Origin: Folioceros fuciformis
Taxonomy: Eukaryota
Reading direction: 5' to 3'
Assembly (NCBI GenBank): GCA_049999805.1
Contig: JBNGIO010006141.1
Location: forward strand, 213,057 to 260,636
DNA: 47,580 bases
Of this stretch, positions 19,801 to 29,081 are shown piece by piece. The position numbers were made by a program, and so were the translations under genes. The notes beneath the pieces were generated by a model. The model was not told the origin of the DNA. It did no database searches and saw only the letters and a list, made by a program, of their open reading frames with translations. How positions within the stretch are numbered: the first letter of the stretch is position 1; the number at the start of each line of letters is the position of its first letter.

Positions 19801-20479
19801 TGATCTCCTAGGCCGTTCAGGCTGCCTGGATGAAGCGGAACAGATGTTGCACAGTGTAGCAACGGCGAATCAGGCAGTGGGCCTGACATCCTTGCTAAGT
19901 GCCTGCAAGTTCCATGGAGACGTTGAGCGTGGAAGGATGTGTTTTGAGCGTCTTACAGCACTGTGCCCCCAGGATGCGGGTGCGTATGTACTCATGGGAA
20001 ATATCTACGCAAGTGCCGGCAGGTGGGACGATGTAGAGAGGATGGAAAGGCTAAGAAAAAGGGCCGGTGCTTTGAAGAAGCCGGCGAAGGCTTGCATTGA
20101 AGTGAAGGGCAAGGTGCATGAGTTCACCGTCGGGGATATGGTACCCAGTGTTGTGTCCAAGTCCAGGAGCACGAACTCGAGGATACAGGAGGAAGGAGGC
20201 CATGTGCCACACAGGGATCTGGTGCTGAGGTCAGTATCCGACAGCATGAAGGAAGATGCTCTTTGTGGACATGCCGAGAAACTGGCATTGGCCTATGGTC
20301 TTCTACACACTCCAGATGGGACATCGCTGATGGTCACAAAGAATCTTCGAATGTGCAGTGACTGCCACAGTAGCACCAAAGTCCTGTCCCAACTTGAGAA
20401 GCGACAGATCGTAGTGAGAGACGCACATCGGGTGCACCGATTTCTGGATGGCCATTGTTCATGCAGGGATCGGTGTTGA
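16877..20479 (+). CDS. PLS-class PPR-DYW:KP RNA editing factor (DRH-like terminus, DRC), no PDF motif
   Basis: Long PLS array; KKPAKACIEV; CGHAEKLA; CSDCH; ends HCSCRDRC. First ATG at 16877 (the ORF track starts at a GTG at 16871). Confidence 0.94.
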   Translation: MKAGAWLPDSAQGTVSFNRNYTAPAAAAAQTLVVGRCPEGAGNVQVSESAEGISYQHRGLCQPAVKDAWQLQGPVGTSTCKLTHHQAAGLQVGGELSKDVESLELLVQQGFLPPTSLLYSLLKRCIARKDLVHGKRVHALAVASGNGTNPFVGNHIIRMYSCHGMLVEAMQVFTELDVQNTFAWASIIIAHADHGQPSQAIKLYRQMRLSCLEPNQHVFVAAIKACANAGDLVAGKDIHSHIVLAAYERQPLIANSLVNMYSKCGSLADARQVFDKSVMRDVVTWNTIIAAYAHHGHSQEALRLYKQMQLVGTTPPNHFTYASVLKACASIGAVHEGRQLHLLLRDSGMECDVFVGSCLVDMYAKCGSLEDARTVFDKLPKRNVVTWNALIAGYAHHGLAEEAFNLFALMQQEGSIPLNRGSLASLAKACASARALHQGRWLHALIQKEGLESDLVVANCLLDMYAKCGSLEDARAVFEELPTRDVIAWNTMITGYSQNDLGEEALHLYARMQCEVCTPPNHFTFAGLLKACASTRNLHRGMQMHALIQERGLEGDVIVGSSLVDMYAKCGGLELARQVFDRMPARNVVTWTSMIAGYAQHGLGQEALHVFASMQQQDVRLCDRVTLLCLLKACTCVEDLHQGVQVHMLIQDSGLETDLVVGSSLVDMYAKCGSLNDARRVFDKLSTRDAVAWTAMIAGYARQGHGLEALTLYATMQDEGLTPANHATCAALLMACGSLTALSHGKKLHSLIQERGLETDVAVGNCLVDMYVKCGSLMDARSVFDKLSSKDLLAWNALIAGYCQQGLGQEALDLHEQMRHECKHLVVANHVTYVWLLKACASVGALHQGRQLHRLMAQAQGLETEVVVGNCLVDMYARCGCLEDARKVLDRLPYRDVVAWNALLNGYAKHSEGHMALQCFEEMLGQGVKPDGTSFCSLLVACSHEGLISEGQHYFTEMVDVHGIEPTDYHYNCMVDLLGRSGCLDEAEQMLHSVATANQAVGLTSLLSACKFHGDVERGRMCFERLTALCPQDAGAYVLMGNIYASAGRWDDVERMERLRKRAGALKKPAKACIEVKGKVHEFTVGDMVPSVVSKSRSTNSRIQEEGGHVPHRDLVLRSVSDSMKEDALCGHAEKLALAYGLLHTPDGTSLMVTKNLRMCSDCHSSTKVLSQLEKRQIVVRDAHRVHRFLDGHCSCRDRC

Positions 20480-20570
20480 CGGTGGTGTTCTTTTTGATCT
20501 GGTGACGATGTTTTTGCCCGAACACGTTCACAATCGCGTTCCCCAACATCAATTCTGACCACTGCTATTC

Positions 20571-20756
20571 CTATCGCACAATTCTTTTCGGCATTGGAAT
20601 TGCTGGGCTTCTTACACTGCTGCACCTGGAGGCCTGGTTGTTTGGAAGGGCGTCACTCTCGGAGTTGAGGTGAGCACCAGCAGCTCCTCATACAACCCCT
20701 ATTCCCAGACCAATTTCTTGGGTCCACAGAAGGTCCGGTTGCCATACTGTGGCCAT
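20571..20756 (-). pseudogene. Orphan 5' fragment of the GRP-type PPR family (leader only)
   Basis: Translates MATVWQPDLLWTQEIGLGIGVV*GAAGAHLNSESDALPNNQASRCSSVRSPAIPMPKRIVR*. Homologous to the family leader, with an internal stop at 20688-20690. Confidence 0.8.
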
Positions 20757-21727
20757 CCTTGAGAGACTGCTCTCAGAAAATCAGCCGAAGAAAGACGACG
20801 TCAGCGTCCAGGGAGTGCGTATGAGCACACCAACCTGAGGGAGAGTGTTGAGGTACAAGGAGACTGATGGATGGCTAACAGCATCACCGTTGTAAGCATT
20901 TGCGAGGCTACCTCTTAAGGTTTGAAAGGCTGACCTGTTCCGCCAGGGAATGGCTTTCTTGTAAACTATGGGCACCTTGGGTTCCGTGTTGCCGTTGCCT
21001 TGCCTCCTATCCTGACTGTGGTGATAGGCTTTCTGTGAAAGTGTAAGCGTTGAGAGCCAGTCCAAATGTTGTGTTTACAAAAGCAATTGCAGGCTTGCGG
21101 CCACATGCTTTGTATTGCGTGTCCCGAGGTCCCTCTGTTTGCGGAGGCTCCTCAAGGCTCCCGACGACTGTGAAGGTCCTTAGACGCAATTGCTTGTGTT
21201 GCTGCGGCAGATGAGGTGCCTCGGTGCAGCAAGATCTCTGACAGGATGGATGGAAGTGGGATTGCAGGTAAGTCCTGCTCAGCCTATTACAGTACAGTGC
21301 TGTGGCAGCTTGAGCAGTGTCAGGACGAGCAGTCCTTCGGCACGACCCTTGTGGAGCTGATTGCTGCACAGTGTCAGCATCCAGTAGCCAGTTTGCCCAG
21401 AAGACTAACACCTGCGAAACTCTCACGGAAGAGTTGTACCTTGTGCATGCGTGAAATGTGCATGTTGCCTTTGGCCTCATGCGCTTTTTAATCGAGGGGC
21501 CCACGAAGTGGCATGATTTCGAAGTTGTGGACAGTCACCTCAGTCATGAAATTTTAGCATCCCAAAGGCCTCTGAGGCAAAAATTGCACAATATGTGCCT
21601 GTACAATGCTTAGTGCCTGACACACAGTGGTCAGTGTATTAGGAGTGGGAGGAAAGAAGGGCCCATCCATCCCCTTTGTCTTCTGTGTATGCCCTTAGTG
21701 AACACCTGAAGCACTGGCCACTACTGC

Positions 21728-24700
21728 TCAAGGTCGACCCTTACAGCTGCAGCAACCATCTGCGAACAGATGAACCCGGTACCCATCCCTTACAACAATG
21801 TCTCTCTGTTCAAGCCTGGACATGATCTCCGTGGAACTGTGGCAGTCACTGCACATCCGTAGATTCTTCGTTACCACCAGAGGCGTCCCACTCGCTGTGT
21901 TCAAAAGACCAAACGCCAGAGCAAGTTTCTCAGCATGCCCACAGAGCGCCTCTTCCTTTTCCTTCTCAGAAAGTGGCTTCAGCACCAATTGGGTGTGAGG
22001 TACGTGGCCTCCTTCCTGCTTCAGACGTGCATTCGTGCTCTCTAACTTCAGCGCAATCTCCTCTCTTCTTTCTCCCACCACAAATCTGTGTACCTCCATG
22101 TTCACCTCAATGGTGGCCACTGCAGGTTTCTTGTTAGCTCCTGCTGCCATTCTCAGTGTTTCTATCCTGTCTACATCACTCCACCTACCTGCGTCTGCGT
22201 AGGCATTGGCCATGAGCACGTACGCAGACGCCCACTGAGGGTCTAGCCTAACGATGCTTTCAAAACACCACCGCGCTCTCTCCACGTCCCTGTGACTTTT
22301 GCACGCATTCAGCAAAGACGTCAATGCCACAACATCAGTCTGGCCCTCGCAAGACAAGAGGACGTTCTCAGCCTCATCTAATTGGCCTGCGCGCCCAAGA
22401 AGATCAACCATGCACGTGTAATGCTCAATACCAGGTTTGATGCCATGCTGTTCAGCCATGGAATCAAAGTGCTTTCGACCCTCGGTGACCAGCCCCTCAT
22501 GACTGCAAGCTACTAGAAGACAAGTAAAAGTAGCTTCATCGGGCCGAATACCGGCAACTAACATCTCATCAAAACAAGCTAGTGCTTTGTGACCAGCGTC
22601 GGAGGAACCATACCCAGATATCAGGGCATTCCATGTCACCACATTCTTCGCCTTCATGCTGTCAAAAACCAGGCGAGCCTCTTCCAGCTCACCACATTTT
22701 GCATACATGTCGACAAGGCAGTTGCCCAAAACTACGTCATCCAGCAGTCCTCTTTCCACAATCTGTGAATGCAGCTGCCTTCCCTTCTGTAAGGCACCAG
22801 TGCTTCCACAGGCCTTCAGGAGGCAACCAAAGGTCACATGATTGGTGAAGATCAAGCCTTCTTGCTCCATACGTCCATACAGAGCAAGTGCCTCATGGCC
22901 GAGTCCTTGATGCGTATACCCAGCAATCAGGGCATTCCATGTCACCACGTCCTTCGCGGCCATGCTGTCGAAAACCTCGCGTGCCTGCTGCAGTTCACCA
23001 CATTTTGCATACATGTCCACCAGGCAGGTGCACAACACTACGTCATGCAGCAGTCCTTTTTCCAGAATCAGAGAGTGCAGCTGCCTGCCCTTCTGTAGGG
23101 CACCAGTGCTTGCACAGGCCTTAAGAACGCAAGAAAAAGTAACATGGTCAGCAGAAATGAGGGTCCCCTCCTCCATTTGTACATACACAGCAAGTGCCTC
23201 ATGTCCGCGTCCTTGCTCAGTATACCCACCAATCAGGGCATTCCATGTCACCAGATTCTTTGTCGACAAGCTGTTGAAAACCTGGCGTGCATCTTCTAGT
23301 TCACCACATTTTGCGTACATGTGCACCAGGCAGGTGCCTACCACTACACTATCCATAGCTCCTCTTTCGACGATCAGTGAGTGCAGCTGCCGGCCCTTCT
23401 GTAAGGCACCAGTGCATGCACAGGCCTTCAGAAGGCAAGCAAATGTGACATGATCAGCCACAATGAGCCCTTCTTGCTCCATTGTTTCATAAAGAAAAAG
23501 CGCGTCTTGGCCAAGTCCTTGCTGAGCATACCCAGCAATCAGGGCATTCCATGTCACCACAGTCTTTGTGGTCAAGCTGTCAAAAATCTGGCGAGCATCT
23601 GTCAGTTCACCACATTTGGCATACATGTCCACCAGGGAGTTGCCCAGAACTGCAGTATCCAGCAGTCCTCTTTCGACTATCAGTGAGTGCAGCTGCCTCC
23701 CCTTCTGTAAGGCACCAGTGCTTGCACACGCCTTTAGAAGGCAAGAAAAAGTAACATGGTCAGCTAGAATGAGGCCCTCCTGCTCCATTTGTCCATACAC
23801 GACAAGCGCTTCATGTCCAAGGCCCTGCTCGGAATATCCAGCAATCAGGGCATTCCATGACACCACGTTCTTCGTCTTCATGCTGTCAAAAACCCGGCGT
23901 GCATCTTTCAGTTCGCCTCTCTTTGCATACCCAGATATCAGGGCATTCCACGTCACCACGTCCTTTGTGGCCAAACTGTCAAAAACCTGCCGTGCATCTT
24001 CCAGTTTGCCACATTTTGCATACATGTCCACCAGGCAGTTGCCAACAAACAAGTTAGTAGGAATGCCACTCTGCTCCACATGACCATGCACTTCCCTTCC
24101 AGATTCCAAGTCATTTGCAGATGCGCAAGCTTGCAGGGCAGCTACATAAACGTGAGCATCCGCCTTCACTCCTGACCTACGCATCTCACGATACAGCTGT
24201 AAGCCCTGCTTTGGTTTCCCATGCTTAGAGTATGCGGAGATTATGGAAGACCACATGAAGGCATCTGGTTTGCCAACCTTGGTGAACACATCCATGGCCT
24301 CGGATAGCCTACCTCCGCTTGCATACATTCGCAATATATGGTTCCCCATGTAGGCTTTCGAATCGTACCCAAGCTTGACAATGAGATGGTGAACTCTCCT
24401 CCCCAAAACCAAATCCTTCTTGGCTGTGCACAGTTTGAGCACAGTATAAAACAGAAACTGAGAAATGGCAGTCTCTATCTGCGCCAGAGATTCCAGAGCT
24501 CCAACGGCTTCGGAAATCTTCCCCTGCTGACATAACATGGTCACAAGTCCAGCCGTCACAACGGAGGGTGCGGATCCTTCAAGCCTGCCTGGTTCAGCAT
24601 TATCCGGAGAGGCACCACGAGCCATCTTCATATCCAAGGAAAGCAGCTGCTCATCAACCCAAGCCGGCTTCAACAGGTTGTTTAACCACAGGACCTCGCC

Positions 24701-25021
24701 GGATTCTTTATGCCGGAAGTCAGGCGATCGAGATCTCTTCTTATCTCGCCTGTTGTCCCACCACATGGTAGGATCCAGGAAAAATTGTTGCCACAAGTGC
24801 TCCAGCTCCTGCCGACGACCATCGCTGGAAAACCCGTTCCCGCACACAGATGTTAGCGGAAGTGGGATTGCCGGGCTCCTTACACTGTTGGACCTGGAGG
24901 GCTGGCCGTTCGGCTGAGGTGAACTCCGTGAGGCGAGGTGGGAGGGAGTTCCTCGTGGAATCCCTGTGCACACACCAATCTGTTGAGGCCACAACGGGTC
25001 CGAGTGCCACAATGTGGCCAT
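21728..25021 (-). CDS. PLS-class PPR-DYW:KP (GRP-type) RNA editing factor with N-terminal PDF motif
   Basis: Family-conserved start MATLWHSDPLW at 25021 (frame open to 25099); PDF motif 24644-24796; KKPAVATIEV; CGHAEKLA; CSDCH; ends CCSCKGRP. Confidence 0.95.
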   Translation of the reverse strand: MATLWHSDPLWPQQIGVCTGIPRGTPSHLASRSSPQPNGQPSRSNSVRSPAIPLPLTSVCGNGFSSDGRRQELEHLWQQFFLDPTMWWDNRRDKKRSRSPDFRHKESGEVLWLNNLLKPAWVDEQLLSLDMKMARGASPDNAEPGRLEGSAPSVVTAGLVTMLCQQGKISEAVGALESLAQIETAISQFLFYTVLKLCTAKKDLVLGRRVHHLIVKLGYDSKAYMGNHILRMYASGGRLSEAMDVFTKVGKPDAFMWSSIISAYSKHGKPKQGLQLYREMRRSGVKADAHVYVAALQACASANDLESGREVHGHVEQSGIPTNLFVGNCLVDMYAKCGKLEDARQVFDSLATKDVVTWNALISGYAKRGELKDARRVFDSMKTKNVVSWNALIAGYSEQGLGHEALVVYGQMEQEGLILADHVTFSCLLKACASTGALQKGRQLHSLIVERGLLDTAVLGNSLVDMYAKCGELTDARQIFDSLTTKTVVTWNALIAGYAQQGLGQDALFLYETMEQEGLIVADHVTFACLLKACACTGALQKGRQLHSLIVERGAMDSVVVGTCLVHMYAKCGELEDARQVFNSLSTKNLVTWNALIGGYTEQGRGHEALAVYVQMEEGTLISADHVTFSCVLKACASTGALQKGRQLHSLILEKGLLHDVVLCTCLVDMYAKCGELQQAREVFDSMAAKDVVTWNALIAGYTHQGLGHEALALYGRMEQEGLIFTNHVTFGCLLKACGSTGALQKGRQLHSQIVERGLLDDVVLGNCLVDMYAKCGELEEARLVFDSMKAKNVVTWNALISGYGSSDAGHKALACFDEMLVAGIRPDEATFTCLLVACSHEGLVTEGRKHFDSMAEQHGIKPGIEHYTCMVDLLGRAGQLDEAENVLLSCEGQTDVVALTSLLNACKSHRDVERARWCFESIVRLDPQWASAYVLMANAYADAGRWSDVDRIETLRMAAGANKKPAVATIEVNMEVHRFVVGERREEIALKLESTNARLKQEGGHVPHTQLVLKPLSEKEKEEALCGHAEKLALAFGLLNTASGTPLVVTKNLRMCSDCHSSTEIMSRLEQRDIVVRDGYRVHLFADGCCSCKGRP

Positions 25022-25438
25022 AGATAAGGGCTCGTTGTCGGAAGCTGAGTCTAAAAACACAACATGGCAGAAAGCCCAGGAGTGACGGTGAAACACCACA
25101 CCACGGTGAAGTGAAGTACGAGAGTGGACCGGTTTTCTGTTGGACTGGTGCCCACAAAATGTGGATGATGAGCACCATCTGGCACGTCACGATTTCGAAG
25201 ATTTCTTTGCACAGAGAAGTAAATTGTTTGACGACGCTCTAAACAATCTTTCATTTTACGCATGAATCTCTACCTGCCTATATGCAACACGGCTCCGTCC
25301 AAAATGACCTTGGAGACTAGAGGACAAAACCCTTCACCGAGAGCTGGGCTGGATCAGTGTCCCAGCCATCCGTAACCATGTCCCACTCCGGGCACGGATG
25401 GGGAGCACTGGGCATCGGCATTCCTCCCTTTACTATCC

Positions 25439-26870
25439 TCACAGTCGACCCTTACAGCTGCAACAGCCATTTGCAAATCGTTGCACACGGTAGCCATCCG
25501 TCACGTCACAACAATGTCCATCTGTTCAAGCCTGGACATGATCTCCGAGGAACTGTGACAGTCGATGCACATGCGCAGATTCTTCCGTCACCACCAGGGG
25601 TGTGCCACACGGAGTGTTCAACAGACCAAACGCCAGAGCCAGCTTCTCAGCATGCCCACAAAGCGCATCTTCCTTTTGCTTCTCACACAACGGCTTACAC
25701 ACCAACTTTGTGAGCGGAACGTGGCCTCCTTCCTGCTTAAGACGTGCATTTGTGCTGTCTACTTTAAGCGCAATATCATCTCTGCTTTCTGCACCGCAAA
25801 TGTATGTACCTGCTTTCTTACCTCAATGGTCGCCACTGCCGGTTTCTTGCTATCTCCTGCTACCAGTCTCTGTGTCTCAATTGTGTCTGCATCGATCGGT
25901 CCACATGCCTGCATATGCATAGGCATTCGCCATGAGCAATACGCTGGCGCATCCTGAGTTCCAGTTTAACAATGCTTTCAAAACACCACATGCCCCTCTC
26001 TATATCCCCGTAACGTTTGCAGACATTCAACAGAGTCGTCAATCCCACCACATGGGTCTGGCCGTCGCATGATAAGAGCACCTTCTCAGCCTCACAAAGA
26101 TGGCCTGAACGCCCGAGAAGATCAACCATGCAGGTATAATGCTCAATAGTCGGTTTGGTACCATGCCGTTTAGAATCCCATGGAATCAAAGTGCCTTGGA
26201 CCCTCATGGACCAGCCCCTCATGACTGCATGCCACTAGAAGACAAGCCAAAGGTGCAATACCGGCAACGAGCATCTCCTCAAAACAAGCTAGTGCTCTGT
26301 GACCATTCATCACAAGTACCATACCCAGATATCAAGGCGTTCCATGTCACCATATTCTTTGTGTTCATGATGTCAAAAAACCTGGCGTGCATCTTCCAGT
26401 TCAACACATTTTGCATACATATCCACCAAGCAGGTACCCAACACTAGGTTCTCCAGTAGTCCTCTCTCCACATTCTGTGAGTGCAGCTGCCTGCCTTTGT
26501 GTACGGCACCAGTAGTGCTTGCACATGACATTAGAAGGCAAGCAAAAGTGACATGGTTGGCCAAAATGAGCCCTTCTTGCTCCATTCGTTCGTACAGAAG
26601 AAGCGCCTCTTGGCCAAGCCCTTGCTGTGCATACCCAGCGATCAGCGCCGTCCATGTCACCACATCCTTAGTGGCCAAGCAATTGAAAACCTGGCGCGCG
26701 ATTTCCAGTTCACCACTTCTCACACACAAGTCCACCATGCAGGGGCCCACCAGCACGTTCAACAAGCCTCTTCCAACAATCTACGACTGCAGCTCCCTGC
26801 CCTCCTGTAAGCTACCAGTGCTTGCACAGGCCTTGAGAAGAGAAGCAAAAGTAACATGATCTACGACAAC
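25439..26870 (-). pseudogene. Frameshifted, 5'-truncated PPR-DYW:KP pseudogene
   Basis: Fragments in several frames (VVTWTALIAGYAQQGLGQ, HYTCMVDLLGRSG, CGHAEKLA, CCSCKGRL*). Homology stops abruptly at ~26870 against AT-rich repeat DNA. Confidence 0.88.
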
Positions 26871-27056
26871 TAGGGTGGCCTCTTCGCTCTACTCATTGTA
26901 CTGAACATCAAAAAATGGGATGAAGGGTTTAGGCTCAAAAGAAGTCTAGTCTACACAACCAACAAACCAATAAGCGGTGGGTACAAACTCTAAAAATTTA
27001 TAATAACAAAAAAAGAAAAGAGATGTGTACATATTAACTGCAAAGCCTACACCCTA

Positions 27057-27590
27057 AACACCCAACAACCCTCCTCCGGCACTCCATCTTCTCCACTCAT
27101 AAACGCCAAAGTAAGCTTAACTCTGCAGCATCACCCAACACCCCTCTTCGGGTACTCAGCTTCTCCACTCATAAATGCCAAAGTAACCTTAACTCTGCAG
27201 CATCACGTGTCTCGATCTCCTCTTTTCAATCACCTATGCTCGCGTGTGAATCTCCAAAGCTTTAGGGTAGTGGTTTGTTTTGGTTGAAAAATGGTTAATA
27301 ATAGCAAGGTTTGGTTTTCTTTTTCTATTTATTTTCCCTGATTTTCCTTTATTTTCTGGTTATTTTTTCTATTTTTCCTTTTTTCCTTATGCTAATTAGG
27401 TTAATTGATCAGCCACGTGTGAACCTCCAAAGCTCCAAAGCTTTGTGGTAGTGGTTTGTTTTGGTTGAAAAGTGGTTAATAGTCGTATAGTTTAGTTTTT
27501 GTTTCTACTTATTTTCCTTGATTTTTCTTTATTTTCTAGTCTTTTTTCTTTTTTTTTCTTGTACTATTAAGTTATTTGATCAGCAAATAA
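27057..27590. repeat. Two local duplications (~75 bp x2 at 27057-27205; ~175 bp x2 at 27243-27590) in an AT-rich insertion
   Basis: ttctccactcataaa(c/t)gccaaagtaa.cttaactctgcagcatcac occurs twice; ctccaaagcttt..ggtagtggtttgttttggttgaaaa.tggttaata occurs twice. Confidence 0.75.
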
Positions 27591-27605
27591 CTAGTTTGGT
27601 TATTA

Positions 27606-27705
27606 NNNNNNNNNNNNNNNNNNNNNNNNNNNNNNNNNNNNNNNNNNNNNNNNNNNNNNNNNNNNNNNNNNNNNNNNNNNNNNNNNNNNNNNNNNNNNNN
27701 NNNNN
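27606..27705. other. Assembly gap (100 N)
   Basis: N run. Confidence 0.99.
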
Positions 27706-28681
27706 ATTAGTTCAATATTAATTAAAGATAGTAATATTAAATAATTAATAAATGTTAAATAATAAAATAATAAACAATTTTTTGAACCATGAGCGGGAAT
27801 ATGGGATATGTCAGGGTGGTCTAGTTGGCTGACAAGGTTGCATAATTGACTAAGCGGCCGTAAAGGCCGCGCCCTAGCTAGAGCAAGACTCCAACCGCTC
27901 CCATCTCAATTCTTCTCCCTCTCTTCCTCCCTTCTCCCATATTTTCTTCCCCGTTTCCTTTCCCCCTATGTTCTCCATCTTCCAATCTTGTTTTCTCTAT
28001 GGATCCAACTAGCAAGCAGGAGTACAGATTCCTAAGTGAATGTGATTCACATAAGCAAGTTGCTAGGGTTGGGAGAGCTGGCAAATTAGGCATCGCTGGA
28101 GATCCGAGCGCCGGGCTACTAGATATGAGATGCTGCAGAAGACATTCGGGATGCGAGTTCTAATCATCCAGTCCTTTCCCCAGCCAGTCGAGTTTCTTAG
28201 CCAGCCAAGAATTCAACGTCCATCCCCTTCTCCTTTTTTTTTCTCCTCTCCCTTGGCCTCGTTTTGCTCCATCCTGATCTTGATTTCCAGTCCTGTACAG
28301 CCCCGCTGCTGATCAGCCTCACATTGCTTCAAGACTAGCCCACCCCAATTTCTTCTTTCCGCACACTAGCCCAGCACGCTCCTCCCCTCTCAGTCCCCCT
28401 CTAATCGATCCGTCCCAACAAACTGTTGGATCCCAGACTCGCTCCCATCAGCATGCTTAGCTGGCCCCTCTGATCCCATCGATGCTCATTTTTCAGTCTA
28501 ACCAGCAGTTGCCAAAGCCCAATCTGACCGTTAGCATTGCCTCAGCTTGCCCCGCCGACATTCCTCCCCCACTACGCTGTTGGATCCTGGACCGCCAGCC
28601 ACCCGCCGCCACCTGCGACACTGCAGGAGCGTTCTCCGACAGCAATTCTTCCCCCCCTCCCGTCGTTGGGCGATCTAGCCC

Positions 28682-29081
28682 NNNNNNNNNNNNNNNNNNN
28701 NNNNNNNNNNNNNNNNNNNNNNNNNNNNNNNNNNNNNNNNNNNNNNNNNNNNNNNNNNNNNNNNNNNNNNNNNNNNNNNNNNNNNNNNNNNNNNNNNNNN
28801 NNNNNNNNNNNNNNNNNNNNNNNNNNNNNNNNNNNNNNNNNNNNNNNNNNNNNNNNNNNNNNNNNNNNNNNNNNNNNNNNNNNNNNNNNNNNNNNNNNNN
28901 NNNNNNNNNNNNNNNNNNNNNNNNNNNNNNNNNNNNNNNNNNNNNNNNNNNNNNNNNNNNNNNNNNNNNNNNNNNNNNNNNNNNNNNNNNNNNNNNNNNN
29001 NNNNNNNNNNNNNNNNNNNNNNNNNNNNNNNNNNNNNNNNNNNNNNNNNNNNNNNNNNNNNNNNNNNNNNNNNNNNNNNNN
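28682..29081. other. Assembly gap (400 N)
   Basis: N run. Confidence 0.99.

Noticed and set aside
20781-21504. ORFs of 91-165 aa and a canonical AG|GTAAGT at ~21268
   Set aside because: No identifiable product and no supportable gene model.
26869-27880. Candidate TIR pair tagggtggcc / ggccgcgcccta (hAT/MITE-like)
   Set aside because: Imperfect match, no target-site duplication, and it spans a gap; not called as an element.
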